The notes beneath the pieces are model-generated. The model worked only from the letters and a program-made list of their open reading frames with translations, was not told the DNA's origin and ran no database searches. Position numbers and translations under genes: made by a program. This document shows positions 12,559 to 25,197 of a stretch of 64,000 nucleotides of DNA, piece after piece; position 1 is the first letter of the stretch, and the number at the start of each line of letters is the position of its first letter. This stretch comes from Hyaloraphidium curvatum SAG 235-1. Lineage: Eukaryota > Fungi > Monoblepharomycota. The DNA lies in NCBI GenBank assembly GCA_025558095.1, contig JAIVFI010000015.1, positions 558,001 to 622,000 of the forward strand, given 5' to 3'.

Positions 12559-14153
12559 CTACTGCTCCCCGATCGCGCCCGAATGCCGCTCCTCGGACGC
12601 CGCCCTGTCGTCCTCCCCCTTGACCGTCCCCGCGGCCTCGGCATGCCCGTTGGCATGCGCCGGCAGCAGCTGCGTCCTTTCCGTCCCCTCTGCCGCCTCC
12701 GCGGCCGCCCGCACCATCCCCAGCACCCTCTCCATCCCCGCCTCGAGCGCCTCCGCCTCCTTCCTCACCGCATCGATCTGGTCCTCCACGCGCGTCCGCA
12801 CCTCGCCGTCCCCCGTGAGCGAAAGCAGCCCCAGGAACCCGCCCTTTTCCCGCTCCGAGGCACGCAGCGCCGCCAGCCTCGCCGCCGAGAGCGCGAACGC
12901 CCCCTCGAGCCTCGCCACCGCCGCTCTGTGCTCCGCCAGCAGCCTCTCGTGCGCCGCCGCGTTCGTGCCCGCCGGCAAAGCGGGCGAATACGGCGACGCG
13001 GCCGCCGACCCGTCCGACCCCGCCCGCCGCCTTTTGCGGGACCCCGCCTCGCTCCCCTCGCTCGACTCCTCCGCCGCCGGCCTCGAAAACATCAGCCCCG
13101 TGAGCGCCTCCACCGCGTCCCGGTCCGCGGCGCTCGGCAGCACCCTCGAGTGCGCCCGCGGGACCGTGTTCTGGTACCCCGCGGGATCGGCGAGCCTATT
13201 GTCCGTGTCCGAGTCGCTGTCCGAGTCGCCGGCGCCGCCCCACGACGGTTGCTGCGGCGGCGGGCGGGAGAAGAGGTCCTCGGGGGCGGCGGCGGGGGCG
13301 CGGGTGGAGCGGGACGGGCGGAGGCGGGCCTCGTACGTGTTGACGACGGGAACCTCGCCGATCCGGACGCGGGGGAGGGTAATGCTCGTGGTGTCGCCTC
13401 CTGCAACGATGGATCGTCAGGTGCCGCTGATCGCGCCTCGGCGCCAACACTCACTCCGCCCGCCGTGGTTCCGCTTGCCGGGCTGATCGATTTCCCACAT
13501 GTCCTTGAACAGAGAAAGAACGAGCGGATGGTTGAGTCCCATCTTCCTGGGTCCGCTGAGGGAGAAAGTGCCTCCGCCCTGTCATGCGTGAGCTGCGCAC
13601 GCCACACGCCGCACAACGGACCCACCAGCCGCTGCCCGCTCGCCACCGCCGCCTTGAACATCGTCGTGGCCGTCGACGCTACAAACACCCTGCCGTCGGG
13701 CCTGTCCAGCGGCCGCAGCTCGTACTTGCCGCTGGGCAGGATGCACGCCGAGTACCAGATCAGGCTGGCCTGGTCCAGGTAGTCGTGGAACCTGACGATG
13801 CACCGGTAGTTGTTGGGGTACTGCGACAGCGTGTTTGTGTACCGGCCCAGCTGCAGGATCCGCACGCCGCCCGCCGAGCCGGTCTTGACGAAGAGCGGCG
13901 TTTGGAGAGTCCGCGCGTTTTCGTCGGAGAAATCAAGGTCCGCGAGCGACGTGTCCTGGGTCAGCTGCACCACCTCGTCGTTGCCATCGAGGGAAAACTC
14001 CCCGCCGCCGTCTGCGGGGTATTCGTGGCCGAACTCGTCGTCGGAGTCCTGCGCCGCGGCCGAGGCGGACATCTCCGCCGCCAGGGATTCCCTGAACGGA
14101 GAGGCCCGCGGGGTCGGGAGCGTCGAAGACGGCTGAGAGCCGTCGGAATTCAT
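12559..14153 (-). CDS. FYR (FYRN/FYRC-like) domain nuclear protein, spliced
   Basis: VRILQLG..YPNNYRCIVRFHDYLD..WYSACI...YELRPLDRPDGRVFVASTAT resembles FYRN-FYRC. An NLS-like RKRRR and a coiled coil lie in the last exon. Confidence 0.6.
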
Positions 14154-14582
14154 GGCGGCGCGGGGGGTGCCGGAGAGCATGTGCTGCGGGCGCTCCGCGT
14201 CAGGGGATGCGTGCGGGCGTCAAACAGGGGCAGCGCACCGAAACCGCCGAATGCGCGCGTCAGGCCGCGGGGGCAGAGATTTGCGCCAAAATGAAGCGGT
14301 TTGCGCGGTTCCGGAGGCTCGGATAGCGCCGGAGAGGGGCAGAGACGGGGCGGAGGAAACTTGTTTGGGCCAGCTCCTCCGATGCCCAACACACACCCGA
14401 AGTGATCACTCGCCGCCGGGCCAAACAGAGTGACGATTCAATCTCGAAGCCAAGGAAAACGCACCGGGAGCTACTTGGCGGTCTACGGCAACGGATTGGG
14501 GCCGGAGAGCCAGCATCGAGAGGGTGATCACGCGCGCTTTGCGTGCGAGAATCGATGGCTAACATGCTACACGACAAGCGTC

Positions 14583-14982
14583 TCAGGCGGCGCCGGCGGC
14601 CACGTTCTTGGCGGAGAACTCGCTGATCTTGACCAGCTTCTCGAGCTCGTTGGCGTCCCAGCTGTAGGCTCCGATCCTGGCCACCTTCTTCGTCGCCGGA
14701 TCCAGCTGCACCCTGAGCACGCCCGTGAGGTCGGACACCGGCGAGGGGGCCTTGAGGGTGTACTTCATGCGAGCAACGCACTGGTTGGGCTGGCGAGGAC
14801 GGTCATCGGCATCAAGGGCTCACGGATGTGAGGTGACGCACCTGGTAAGAAAGGGGCTCGCCGTCCAGCTCCGCGGTTGCGAGGCCCATCTTCAACCAGG
14901 CATTGCTGGCGGCCCTGATGGGCTTAATGCCCTTGAGGATGCCGGTGGCGTGTACCCAGACTGTCTCGTCGGTGTAGTGATT
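14583..14982 (-). pseudogene. SnoaL/NTF2-like protein, 5'-truncated fragment (two exons)
   Basis: Exons 14982-14842 and 14789-14583 join in frame across a GTGCGT..CAG intron, giving NHYTDETVWVHATGILKGIKPIRA...VARMKY...GVLRVQLDPATKKVARI. No credible start exon is visible. Confidence 0.5.
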
Positions 14983-15741
14983 CTGACGTTCTTGTGCTGG
15001 ATCCTTGCCTGTGTGATCTTTGCCCACACCGGTTGTTCCCGTGCCAGCGTCATCCCAAGTCTGTCAACGATCCGCCTCAACAGCGGGCTGCAGAAACGCG
15101 CCGCGACCCTTGCGCTCTCCCGGGCCCTGCAGCGTTTCCGAAATGCCATCAGCGATTCCGGTTCCGCCCTTCCCGGCCCGGGCGAACCCTACCTTTCCTT
15201 GCACACCGCCCTCACCGATACTTGGACCGCGGGCTCCCTCCAGCTCCCCCTCAGCCGCGTCATGTTTTTCGTCTTCGTGGTCAACGCGGTGGTCGTCTTT
15301 GCCATCAACGGCGTCGCCGGCTGCGTGGCGGCATGGCAGCTGTCCTGGCTCGCCTTCTGGTTCGTCTTTGTCCTTGTGGAGATGCTCACCCTCGCGGAAT
15401 CCAACGCGCAGATCACCGGGGTGACGGACATCTACCACCGCGCGCGGAACGAGCTGATGCAGCTCGGGATCGAGGTCGCCTCCGGATCTGGCGCGGAGGC
15501 CGCGTGCCTGGCCCCGGACCGCACTCAGGCGCTGCTGGCGACGATCACGTGGCACGCAACCGTGTTGGACGGGTTCCAGGACGTCGGGAGGCTGAAGGCG
15601 ACGTTCCTGGGGGTGGCGATCGACTACTCGGTGATCCGGACTGCGGTGGCCACCGTGTTCACCCTGGCGGTCGGGCTCTGGGGCATTCTCAGGGGCGTCG
15701 GAATATCGGTCGTCTTTCAGACCTTTTGCATGGCGCCGTAG
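14975..15741 (+). pseudogene. 7-TM family member (copy A), TM4-TM7 only, 5'-truncated
   Basis: Shares family motifs EPYLSLHTAL, AGCVA, SNAQITGVTDIYHRAR, ATFLGVAIDYSVIRT..TVFT..GLWGILRGVG..FC. The N-terminal LFP motif and the CPC loop are missing. Confidence 0.7.
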
Positions 15742-15822
15742 AATGCTGCGCGATGTAGTGCGAGAAAGGGAGTCTTGGGGCGATCACAACTCCTGCGGCT
15801 AGAGCGTGACGTGCGGTCCACA

Positions 15823-17806
15823 ATGGACTCCGATGACTCTCCCGCCGCGTCCGATTCAATCGACGGCGCCGACGGCGCGTCGTCTCCACCGCGCGAAGGC
15901 GTGGCCGAGGGCGGCGACGCGTCGGCACGGGCTGTAGAGGCCGAGGACGCGAGCGCGCCACCGAACGCGGACGCCGTTGGGAATGCCGGCGCTGCGGGGC
16001 CGAAAGAGGGCGCCGCGGGGAGCGCAGTCAATGGCGGGCTTTCGGCGGACGCGCACGGCGACGACGGCGCGTCGGACGTGTCGGCGGGAGCGCCCCCGGG
16101 CGAGAACGCGTTCGGTGAAAATGGGGACGGCGACTCGGACGACCGCGAGGAGGAGGAGGACGCCGAGGCGCGCATGCGGCGGTCGCGCGAAAAGGGCAAG
16201 GGAAAACCGCCGGAGCCGGAGGACGAGGCAGCGGAACGTGGGTGGACCGGGCACCCCGCGGGGGCGGCCGATCGACGCGTTCCAACCGCGGGCCCTCCAG
16301 CCGCGATTCTGGCAGACCGCACACCGCACGCGCTGGTGTTTCATTCGCGGAAGCTGTCGAGCGGCAGCCTGATGAGGCAGGCCACGGGCGAGCTGCCGAC
16401 CGAAGGCGGGCGCCGCGGGCCGGGCAAGAGCGACGAACAGGTGTCTTCGCCCGAGTGGTCCGCGCGGGAGAAGCACGTTTTCGTGCTGAGCGCGGCGGGG
16501 AAGCCGGTTTACACGAGGTGTGTCTGTCGACTCGTGTCACGCTCCTGTCCTCACCTTCCCTTCCCCTTCTTTCAAGGTACGGCGACGAGGCGGCGCTGGC
16601 GCCCTTTGCCGCCGTCGTCCACACCATCATCGCCTTTTTCGCCGAGGAAGGCGACTCGATTCGGTGTCTGAATGCCGGGGATCACAAGTTTGTCTTTCTG
16701 CTGCGGTGGCCCCTCTATCTCCTCTGCGTGAGCAGGACCGGCGAGAGCGAGCACCAGGTGGGCCGCATCACTACAACGGGACGTGCTGTTGTCTGAGCAG
16801 CCGCCGCCAGCTCCGCGACCAGCTCCGAACCCTTCACAGCCAGATCGTCTCGCTACTTACCGCCACCCAGCTGCAGCGCATCTTCGAGCAGCGCCTCAAC
16901 TACGACCTCCGCAACCTCCTCGGCGGCGCGGAACGACAGCTGACCCACCTCCCCGACATGATGTCCTCGGACCTGGGCCACCTTATGTCCTCCATCCAAT
17001 CCCTGCGCCTGAAGCCCCAGCTCCGCCAGAAGATCGGCAACGCGCTCTCCGCCCCCGCGCGGCCCAAATCCCTCGTCTTCGCCGTCCTCATCGCCAAGGG
17101 CAAGCTCGTCACCCTCCTCCGCCCGCGGAAGCACAGCATGAACCCGTCGGACCTCCTCCTGATCCTCAACCTCCTCGGCGCGTCCCCCTCGGCGCGCAAC
17201 CCCTCGGCCGGCGAGGCCTGGTCCCCCGTCTGCCTGCCGCGGTTCAATCCGCGCGGGTTCCTGCACGCGTACCTGGCTCCGCTGGCCGAGGACCTTACCC
17301 TCGTCGCGCTGGGTACGGAGAAGGAGGGCTTCTTCGAGGTGCGCGAGTGGCGCGAGGCGGTCGAGGCCGCGCTGGAGCAGGGTGGGCTGCCGGAGAAGCT
17401 GCGGGAGGCCATGGACGCGGACCCGTACTCGCTGGCGTCGACGGGGGTGCCGCACCTCCGGCACTTTGTGTACAAGTCCCGCGCGCTGGTGCAGTTCACC
17501 GAGCCGGGGCTCGAGCCGCCCCACGCGCGGGACAGGGAGGCGCTGGTGCGGGCGTACGCCGCGGCGGTGCGGCTAACGCGGCCGGCGGCGCACGCTGCGC
17601 CGGGCGCGGGGATGCCACCGGCGACTGCGGTGCACCTGCTGGGGGACGTGGCGGTGGCGGCTGCTGCCACGACGACGCACGAGATGTACGGCGTGCTCTC
17701 GCCGCTGTGCTCCCGCGCGCAGGCGCTGGAGGCCATGGAGGCACTCAGGCGGTGGGGACGCAAGGCGGAGGAGGAGTGCTTTGTGCTCGGCGCGCCGACC
17801 TTCTAA
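15823..17806 (+). CDS. MON1: Vacuolar fusion protein Mon1 (Ypt7/Rab7 GEF subunit)
   Basis: KHVFVLSAAGKPVYTRYGDE, IRCLNAGDHKFVFL, NYDLRNLLGG, EAWSPVCLPRFNPRGFLHAY, LRHFVYKSR..QFT. Two introns near 16518-16576 and 16757-16800. Confidence 0.95.
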
Positions 17807-17822
17807 TCGACCGGGCGCCCCT

Positions 17823-18950
17823 CTACATCTTGTTGATCCTCCCCGGCTGCTCCAGCTTCTCCCCCAGCACCGCCTCCCCCTCCCCCGCCGACACCCTGTC
17901 CGCCTCCCCCTCCTCGGGGCTGGCCCCCAGCACCTCGGCCAGCCCGTCCGCCGACGCGCACTCGAAGTTCGCCACCATCGGGCTCACGCTGATGCACCGG
18001 TGCTGCAGCGCGTGGCCGTCCGATCCCGGCTCCGGTTCCCGCCGGGGCACGTGGAACGTCGGGGCCCACTTGAAGGCCGCGGGCTGGCCGGGGGTCGAGG
18101 GGACGGGCTTGTAGAGCGAGCCGTAGTGGCCCTTGTGGATGTGGGTGACGTGGATCGGCGGCGCGGGCGGGGGGACGAGGGGGATGTTGACGTTGAACAT
18201 GTCGACCTGCATCGGAAGGGACGAGGTCAGGGGGTGCGGAAAGCGCCGCAAGGAGGCGGTCCACCTTGCCGTCCTCGGGCCAGTTGTCCCACAGCCGCCC
18301 CACGATCCCCACGGCGCTGTCGACGGCGCTGCGCGTCCACTCCTCGGGGAAGTCGCGGCCGTAGAATGCGAAGCTGAGGGCCACGGCGCGGACGCCGCAG
18401 AGAACGGCGTCGATCGCGGCGCCGACGGTTCCCGAGTTGAGGGTCATGGCGTTGGAGCTGTTGCGGCCGAAATTGGGCCCTGTGGGCGACAAAGCGGAAG
18501 CTCGGAATCAGCTGGCGGAATTCCAATCGCGTCCGCGTCTGCCCACCGCTCAGCACGAGGTCGATCTCGTCCGGCCACAGGTGGTGCAGGCCGATGTTGA
18601 CGCACGCGGCCGGCGTGCCCTCCAAACACGTCCACCACCGGTCCGGCTTGCCGTCCGCCGGAGCCCGGTCGTGCATCGTCCCCGTCTGGCGGTCGTAGTA
18701 GGTCATCGGGACGTGGTCCTTGGTCACGAAGCCCTTGCCGATCCACGATTTCTGCGCCGGCAAGTCAGGACCGGCTCCTGGCCCAGGCAGCGCATCGGGC
18801 CACCTGCGTCGCCGGGATCGCCACGCGGAAGCGCCAGCCGAGGCGCCGCTCGACCTCCTCGATGAAAGGGAGGATGAACGGGGATTCGTCGCCCGGCGGG
18901 CCGTCGTCGTTGGAGAAGAGGACCATGCGGGGGGGCGGGCGGCGCGGCAT
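17823..18950 (-). CDS. surE: SurE-like 5'-nucleotidase/phosphatase (fungal type)
   Basis: VLFSNDDGPP..SPFI, QKSWIGKG, LEGTPAACVNIGL, DLVLSGPNFGRNS..SGTVGAA, FNVNIP. Three introns. Confidence 0.9.
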
Positions 18951-19150
18951 CGCGTGGCGGAGCAAGGGGGAGAGCCGGGGAGGCGTGGCGGAGGCTGCCC
19001 GGGAGGCACGCGGGACTCGAGATCGGTCGGGTGTTTGGGAGGCCGAATATGCGAAATCCGCTAGGCCCTGCCAGGGCGACGGGTGCGGGGGTTGAAGGGC
19101 CAGATACGAAAACTCCGCCGCCAACCCAACCCGTTCGCCGTCCCCGGTGC

Positions 19151-21512
19151 ATGCAGCTCCGGCAGCTCGCGGGCACCGTCCAGGCGTCGATCGCGCGCGC
19201 CCTGAGCCGCCCCGCCGCCCCGCCACCCCCGCGTGCCCCGCCCGCGTCGCGCTACGCGTCCGCCGCCGCCGCGATGGCGCCCGCCGCGATGCCTCCGCCG
19301 ATTCCCGCCTCAGCGCCCGTCGACACGTCCGGCCGGCTCGAGAAACTGCGCGCCCTTATGAAGGAGCGCCAGCTGGGCGCGTATATTGTTCCCACGGAGG
19401 ACGCCCACCAGGTAAACATGCCCGATCGCGGTCCCTGGGCGCACCCTGAAGGCCATTCGCGCCCGCCAATGATTTCTGCAGAGCGAGTACATCGCGGAGA
19501 TCGACAAGCGCCGCGCCTACATCTCGGGCTTCACCGGCTCGGCCGGAACCGCCGTCGTCACGCCCGCCGAGGCCCTGCTGTGGACCGACGGCCGCTACTT
19601 CCTGCAGGCGTCCAAGGAGCTGGATCCCAAGCTGTGGACGCTTATGAAGAGCGGCATGCCCGACGTGCCGACGAAGGAGGAGTGGCTGGCGGCAAAGGTG
19701 CCGCAGGGATCCGCGGTCGGGATCGACCCCAGGCTGTTCTCCACCGGTGGGCGCTACGGGGTTCATCCTGCTAAGTGCCTCACGTGACACGCCTTTCAGC
19801 CGCCGCCAAGGCGCTCGACGAGGCCCTGACCCCCAAGGGCATCCGCCTCGACGCGCTCCCGGACAACCTCGTCGACGCCGTCTGGGCCTCGCAGCCCCCG
19901 CGCCCCGACAACCCCGTCTCGGTGCTCGAGGTCCGCTACGCCGGCAAATCCGCCGAGGACAAGCTGGCCGCGGTCCGCGAGGAGATGGCCAAGAAGGGCT
20001 GCGGCGCCCTCGTCCTCTCGGCGCTGGACGAGATCGCTTGGCTCTACAACCTCCGCGGGTCCGACATCGCCTACAACCCCGTGTTCTTCGCCTACTCGGT
20101 CGTCAAGGGCCAGGGGCAGCTCCTGTACATGGACGAGAGCAAGCTCGGCGCGGCGGCGGCGCACCTGCCCCCCGGGACCGAGATCAGGCCGTACGAGGCC
20201 ATCTACGAGGAGCTCCCCGCCATCGCCGGCACCCTCGACGCCTCCAAGGAGGTAACATACATCGTGCTCGCGCGGTTGGCCGTCGTGACGCCTTGCGCCC
20301 CCGCAGAAGATCTGGCTCGACTCCCGCAGCAACCTCGCCCTCCTCAACTGCGTCCGCTCCCTCCCCTCCCCGCCGCGCATCGAGGACGGCAAGAACCCGG
20401 TGCTGCTCGCCAAGGCGGTCAAGAATTCGGCCGAAATCGCCGGGTTCAGGGCGTGCCACCGCCGCGACGCCGCGGCGCTGTGCCGGTACGCGGCGTGGCT
20501 GGAGAAGGAGCTGGCAGAGGGGAGGAAGTGGAACGAGTACGACGCGGCGGGGGTGCTGGAGAAGTTCAGGAGGTGCGTGACGCGAGGGAATCGTGATCTT
20601 GGCGCCGAGCTCACGTTGCCTTGCCGTGTCACTCACAGCGAGCAGGCGGACTTTGTCGGCCTCTCGTTCCAGACCATTTCCTCCACCGGCCCGAACGCGG
20701 CCATCATCCACTACGCCCCCGACGCGGAGAAGAGCGACGTGATCGACCGCGATCGGATATACCTGCTCGACTCGGGCGGCCAGTACCGGTATGGACTTCG
20801 AACGCCGGCCGATTAACGGCACCTGACCATACCTCCCATCCAGCGACGGCACGACCGACGTCACCCGCACCTTCCACTTCGGCACCCCCTCCGCCGCCGA
20901 GCGCGAAGCCTACACCCTCGTCCTCAAGGGCCACATCGCGCTCGACACCCTCGTGGTCCCCAAGGGCACCACCGGCTACGTCGTGGACTGCGTGGCCCGC
21001 ATCCCGCTGTGGAAGAAAGGGCTCGAGTACCGCCACGGGACGGGGCACGGCGTGGGGAGCTTCCTGAACGTGCACGAGGGGCCGCACGGGATCGGGACGA
21101 GGATCGGGTACAACGACGTCGGGCTGGCCGCGGGAATGACGGTGACCAACGGTGGGTGCGCCCTTGGGCGGGGCGCGGGACGGTGCTAACACGCTCCGCG
21201 GTAGAACCGGGGTACTACAAGGACGGCGAGTTTGGGATCCGCATCGAGAACGTGCTCGTGGTGCGCGAGGCCATGCCGGGCTTCCTCGGGTTCGAGCACG
21301 TCACGCTGGTCCCGCTGGACCGCGGGCTGATCGTGCCGGAGCTCCTCGACGACGCTGAGAAGAAGTGGGTGGACGCCTACCACAAGGAGTGCTGGGACGC
21401 GGTGTCGCCGCTGCTGGAGGAGGGGAGCGCGGCAAGGGAGTGGCTGAAGAAGAACACGCTGCCGCTGTCGGAGCCTGCGAGCACTCTTGGAAGCTGGAAG
21501 CTTACGTATTGA
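19151..21512 (+). CDS. XPNPEP1: Xaa-Pro aminopeptidase P (M24B), possible mitochondrial presequence
   Basis: [105 protein letters not shown]. About six introns. Confidence 0.95.
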
Positions 21513-21553
21513 CGATCGGGATCGTGTTGTATGCGGAGGGAGCACTTGAATGC

Positions 21554-22689
21554 CTATTGGCCCTCCCAGTACTTGCGCTCCCCGGCATCTCGGACCCTCG
21601 CGTTCTCAAAAGCGTCCTTCGCCGCTTCCTCCGCGGCGCCTGCGTCCCTGACTTTCCGCTGCCAGGCGACATACTCCCTGTCGAAGCCAAACAACGTATC
21701 CCAGAAGCGAAAGAAGGTCTGATAGTTGCCTCGGAAATTCTGGTGGTGAAAGCTGGTTGGTTGAGATCAGACGGTCTGACGGCAAGGAAGACGAGTGAAG
21801 CCTACTCATGGTAATTGACGTAGCCAAACACCTGATTCCAGAGGTCCCAGGGCAGCTCAAATCCGCAGTGATTGTGAATCACGGTCCAGAGTCGCCACAT
21901 GCCGAATGTCCACAGCGCCGCGAACGACGTGCGTCCGGCAGCGTTCCCGAGGTAGGCGCCGATCGTGGCCTCGAGGACGGCGTCGAGCGGGTGGAAGTGC
22001 TCCGCGACAAGGATCATTGGCGCTTGGAACTCATGGTGCTGCGCCAAGAAGTTTAACCAGGGACTGAGAATGGAGCTGCATGTTCTCACCTGCTTGTGGA
22101 ACCGGGCGTAGAACCGCGGATGGTGCAGCGCGACATGCGCTGCCCATACGAAGGTATCCCAGACGAAACTGCCCAACGACCCTGTCAGCGCAATCCGCTG
22201 CGCCAACAGCAGAGCTTTCCTTACGCAGCGATCGCCAAAGACTTCCAGAACTGCCACCACGTTTCTCGCCGCTCGTGGACTGCAAAGCCCCCGTCAGATA
22301 CCCGACAGAACGAAGGTCTCAGCTGACTGCCCACTGTCAAAGCCCCTCGCTCGTTGCAACAGGTAGTTTGCCACCTCCAGCGGCAGAGCAAAGGTCAACA
22401 GGCCTTTCCAGGATCTGTTGCCATACTTGGCCTCCCACATGGCCTTTACGTCCTCCTCCGACACTCTCCGTCCCTTCTGTATTCGATACCGGTCGAACCA
22501 TCCTCGCTTGTCCGCAACGATGAAGAACTTGACGGCCGCAGCCCGAACGATTCGGGGAACGACGAACGTGAGGACGAAGAAGGCGCCGCCGTCGCCCAGG
22601 CGCAACCGCCGGGAGAGAAAGTCCGCGGTGGAGTAAAGAGGAGCATACAGGCGGAGAAGCGAAGGAGAGTAGGGCTTCCCTGGTCGCAT
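21554..22689 (-). CDS. Fatty acid hydroxylase/sterol desaturase family (ERG25-like)
   Basis: His boxes HVALHH, HKQHH, EHFHPLD, HNHCG, HDFHH..FRGNY..FWDTLFG, read across three introns. Confidence 0.88.
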
Positions 22690-22849
22690 CGGGGCTACGA
22701 GTGGTGTGTTTGTCCGAACTGTGGGAGACGCTTCGCAACCCGCGCGCGCGCCACCACCGCGCAGCGGAATCGACGCGTCGAACAGTGATCCCCTCAGACG
22801 CCTGTGGGAACAGGAGAATCGCGTGTGCCTTGTGCTCTTGATTCACGCA

Positions 22850-23902
22850 ATGGAGACGGTGGACGCGATTCCAGGTGCTGCTGGCCCCGCAGCTCGTGCT
22901 TCCAGACCGGACATCGTCAAGATCATCGTCTTTGGCAGAGGAGAGCCGGCGGTCTTTTCGTACCTGCGACGCACATTGCTCGGCTATGCGAACTCGGTGT
23001 TTGGGCGCCACTTTGATCCTGCGTCGCCTTTCCGGAGAGAAGGGGTACCCCCCGCGGAGTTTGCGGACGACTGTCCTTTGGACGTGTTTGAGGCCTGCGT
23101 GGACCCTTTCCTGCGTGGGACGCGGTCCTTTCAGTGGCTGGACGAGGTCAGCCGCCAACGCACGCGCGAGCTGGCCGACAAGTTCGGACTGGACGAGCTT
23201 GTTTCCTTGGCGTCCGCCTCGCCGACTCCGCCGCCCTCCACTGCTCCCATCATCGACTTCTCTCGTGCTTTAGACTTGTGGTCTACGCCTTGGATGTCAA
23301 CCGTTCACGGTCTGAAGATCAGTGACTTCATCGTGCGGTCAAAGGAAAGCTATCTTTTCCAGTTTGACGTCGAATGGACGCCATGGGGTCATCCACCAGC
23401 GTCGGAAGACGACTCCTTCTGCATACCGCTCGGGACCAAGTGGCCCGGCGATGGCAATTTCCCTCTCGCAATCCCCATCGCGCTGCACAGCGTTTCGCGA
23501 GCGACTTTGCTGGACACCTGGGAGCTTTCCGGCGAACCCAAAGAGGAATCAGAGGCCCTGTTTTGGAGCAAGTTTTCGGACGAGTTCTCTTCGATCGCGG
23601 TTCAGGTCTTTGTCGACGACGTTGACGTTCGACACCGCATCGCTCGAGCGGTCCGCTCGGACGCCCCGGACCCCAAGCTGGGAAACACAGACAGCCTGTT
23701 CTGGTACGAGCGGTCCGTGGTGCTCGAATCGTACTCGGCCTACGACAACGAAATCGGCTACCAGACGCAGAAACAGACGGTCACGTTCAGATTGGACAGA
23801 CCGTACATCCGCATTTGGCGCCACGCGGAAGGCGACCAGATGTTTGCCGACTTTTCCGACTCCGTTCTTCCTGATTGGGATCACTATCACGTTTGGTCGT
23901 AG
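22850..23902 (+). CDS. KCTD-type BTB/POZ domain protein
   Basis: N-terminal IVKIIVFG..FSYLRRTL..NSVFGRHF..DDCPLDVF..FLRG..ADKFGLDEL pattern. The C-terminal region is not recognised. Confidence 0.55.
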   Translation: METVDAIPGAAGPAARASRPDIVKIIVFGRGEPAVFSYLRRTLLGYANSVFGRHFDPASPFRREGVPPAEFADDCPLDVFEACVDPFLRGTRSFQWLDEVSRQRTRELADKFGLDELVSLASASPTPPPSTAPIIDFSRALDLWSTPWMSTVHGLKISDFIVRSKESYLFQFDVEWTPWGHPPASEDDSFCIPLGTKWPGDGNFPLAIPIALHSVSRATLLDTWELSGEPKEESEALFWSKFSDEFSSIAVQVFVDDVDVRHRIARAVRSDAPDPKLGNTDSLFWYERSVVLESYSAYDNEIGYQTQKQTVTFRLDRPYIRIWRHAEGDQMFADFSDSVLPDWDHYHVWS

Positions 23903-23923
23903 GCCTTTTCTGTGCTTCTACGC

Positions 23924-25039
23924 TCAATCGAAGCCCCAGAAAGCCCTCTTGGATACCCAGCTCACGTCCGGCTCCCTGTGCTCCGCGCAAGCCAGCCCTC
24001 GCCAGAACTCCTCCTCGCGCTTTCCCTCGTCGTCCAGGGTGTCATCGCGATTGCCGCGAAGCGTGAGCCGGACGAGAAAGACGCGGATGCCGAGCGCCTC
24101 GAGGCGCTGAGCCAACTTGGGGCGATCACCGGGGCTCAGGTTCCTCGTGTAGTCCTCCAGGGTGATGGTCTGGAGCGTAGGCGGAAAGAACATGGTGAGG
24201 AGGTCCGATGTGCTGGCAAGGTAGAGCGTGAGGTGCTGCAGGCCCGGAAAGGCGAGCTCTCCACGGGTACTGATGGCGGCGTTGAAGAAGTCGAAGCGCT
24301 TGATTTTGCCCGTCCAGGCGAAGAGGCGGACTTCCGAAAGGTTCGATCTGTTGATCGCCCCCCAGTATGGGATCTCATGATCAGCAATCGTAGCGCTGGC
24401 GAGGTTCCTGCAAATATTCGGAAACTTGCGGAGCGTCAAGGGCCACTTGCTATCGATGTTCAGCTGGTCGACGAGGTGGAACTCGCGAACGCGTGGCAGG
24501 GCTTCCACGCGCTTCAGGAACTTCTTGAAGGCGTTCGCCTCGGTGTCCTTCGTGAGCGAAAGCAGCTTCACCACCTCAATAGTAGCAGGGAGAGGAGCCT
24601 TGCTCTTCAGGCATTCGGGTTCGAAGCAGTCCGAAAAGCAGTCGACCGCGATCTCGAGCCTCTTGAGCGCGGCAGCGGAGGAGAGCGCCTTCCAGAAGCC
24701 CGAGAGGTCGGTCCTGATGCCCGAACTAACGACGGCCATTCGGAGCTCTTGAAGCGTAGGGGCCACCCGGTCGAGGAGCAAAGCATACGGATTTGCGCCG
24801 CCCGCATCGTGCTCCGCGAACTCGATCGAGATCCGCCGGATGTAAGCAAAGTCCGACTGCCACAAGCTGCCGCCGACAAATGAAAGCACGCGTTCTTTGA
24901 CCGGGCTCAGCGCAAACGCGAAAAAGTGGTTCTTGAAGTGCACGTCCCTGAGCAGATGCGGCAGCGCGAGAGCGCGAAGGTCGTGGCTGCACGCCGACAC
25001 GGTCGCGAGCGTTTCGAGCCAGCCCCGCCGCCTGAGCAT
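23924..25039 (-). CDS. F-box-like/LRR-like hypothetical protein (N-terminus possibly incomplete)
   Basis: TLATVSACSHDLRALALPHLLRDV resembles the end of an F-box and is followed by degenerate LxxLxL repeats. An in-frame stop lies just upstream. Confidence 0.5.
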   Translation of the reverse strand: MLRRRGWLETLATVSACSHDLRALALPHLLRDVHFKNHFFAFALSPVKERVLSFVGGSLWQSDFAYIRRISIEFAEHDAGGANPYALLLDRVAPTLQELRMAVVSSGIRTDLSGFWKALSSAAALKRLEIAVDCFSDCFEPECLKSKAPLPATIEVVKLLSLTKDTEANAFKKFLKRVEALPRVREFHLVDQLNIDSKWPLTLRKFPNICRNLASATIADHEIPYWGAINRSNLSEVRLFAWTGKIKRFDFFNAAISTRGELAFPGLQHLTLYLASTSDLLTMFFPPTLQTITLEDYTRNLSPGDRPKLAQRLEALGIRVFLVRLTLRGNRDDTLDDEGKREEEFWRGLACAEHREPDVSWVSKRAFWGFD

Positions 25040-25197
25040 TTTTCCAGTGACTCGCTACAAACATGAGATTCGGCTCGCGTTGTCCGAATGTGTGCGATCA
25101 ACAGTAATCAACTATCAAGCAGTGCCTCGCTGCGTCGCCGGCATAGGAAACCACAGGTCTATGCAACATAGCAGGGATACCCGAGTCGACGCCTCCT

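Noticed and set aside
14583-14768. 61-aa ORF considered as a standalone small protein (e.g. SRP9-like)
   Set aside because: It joins in frame to an upstream exon across a canonical intron, giving a SnoaL-like sequence.
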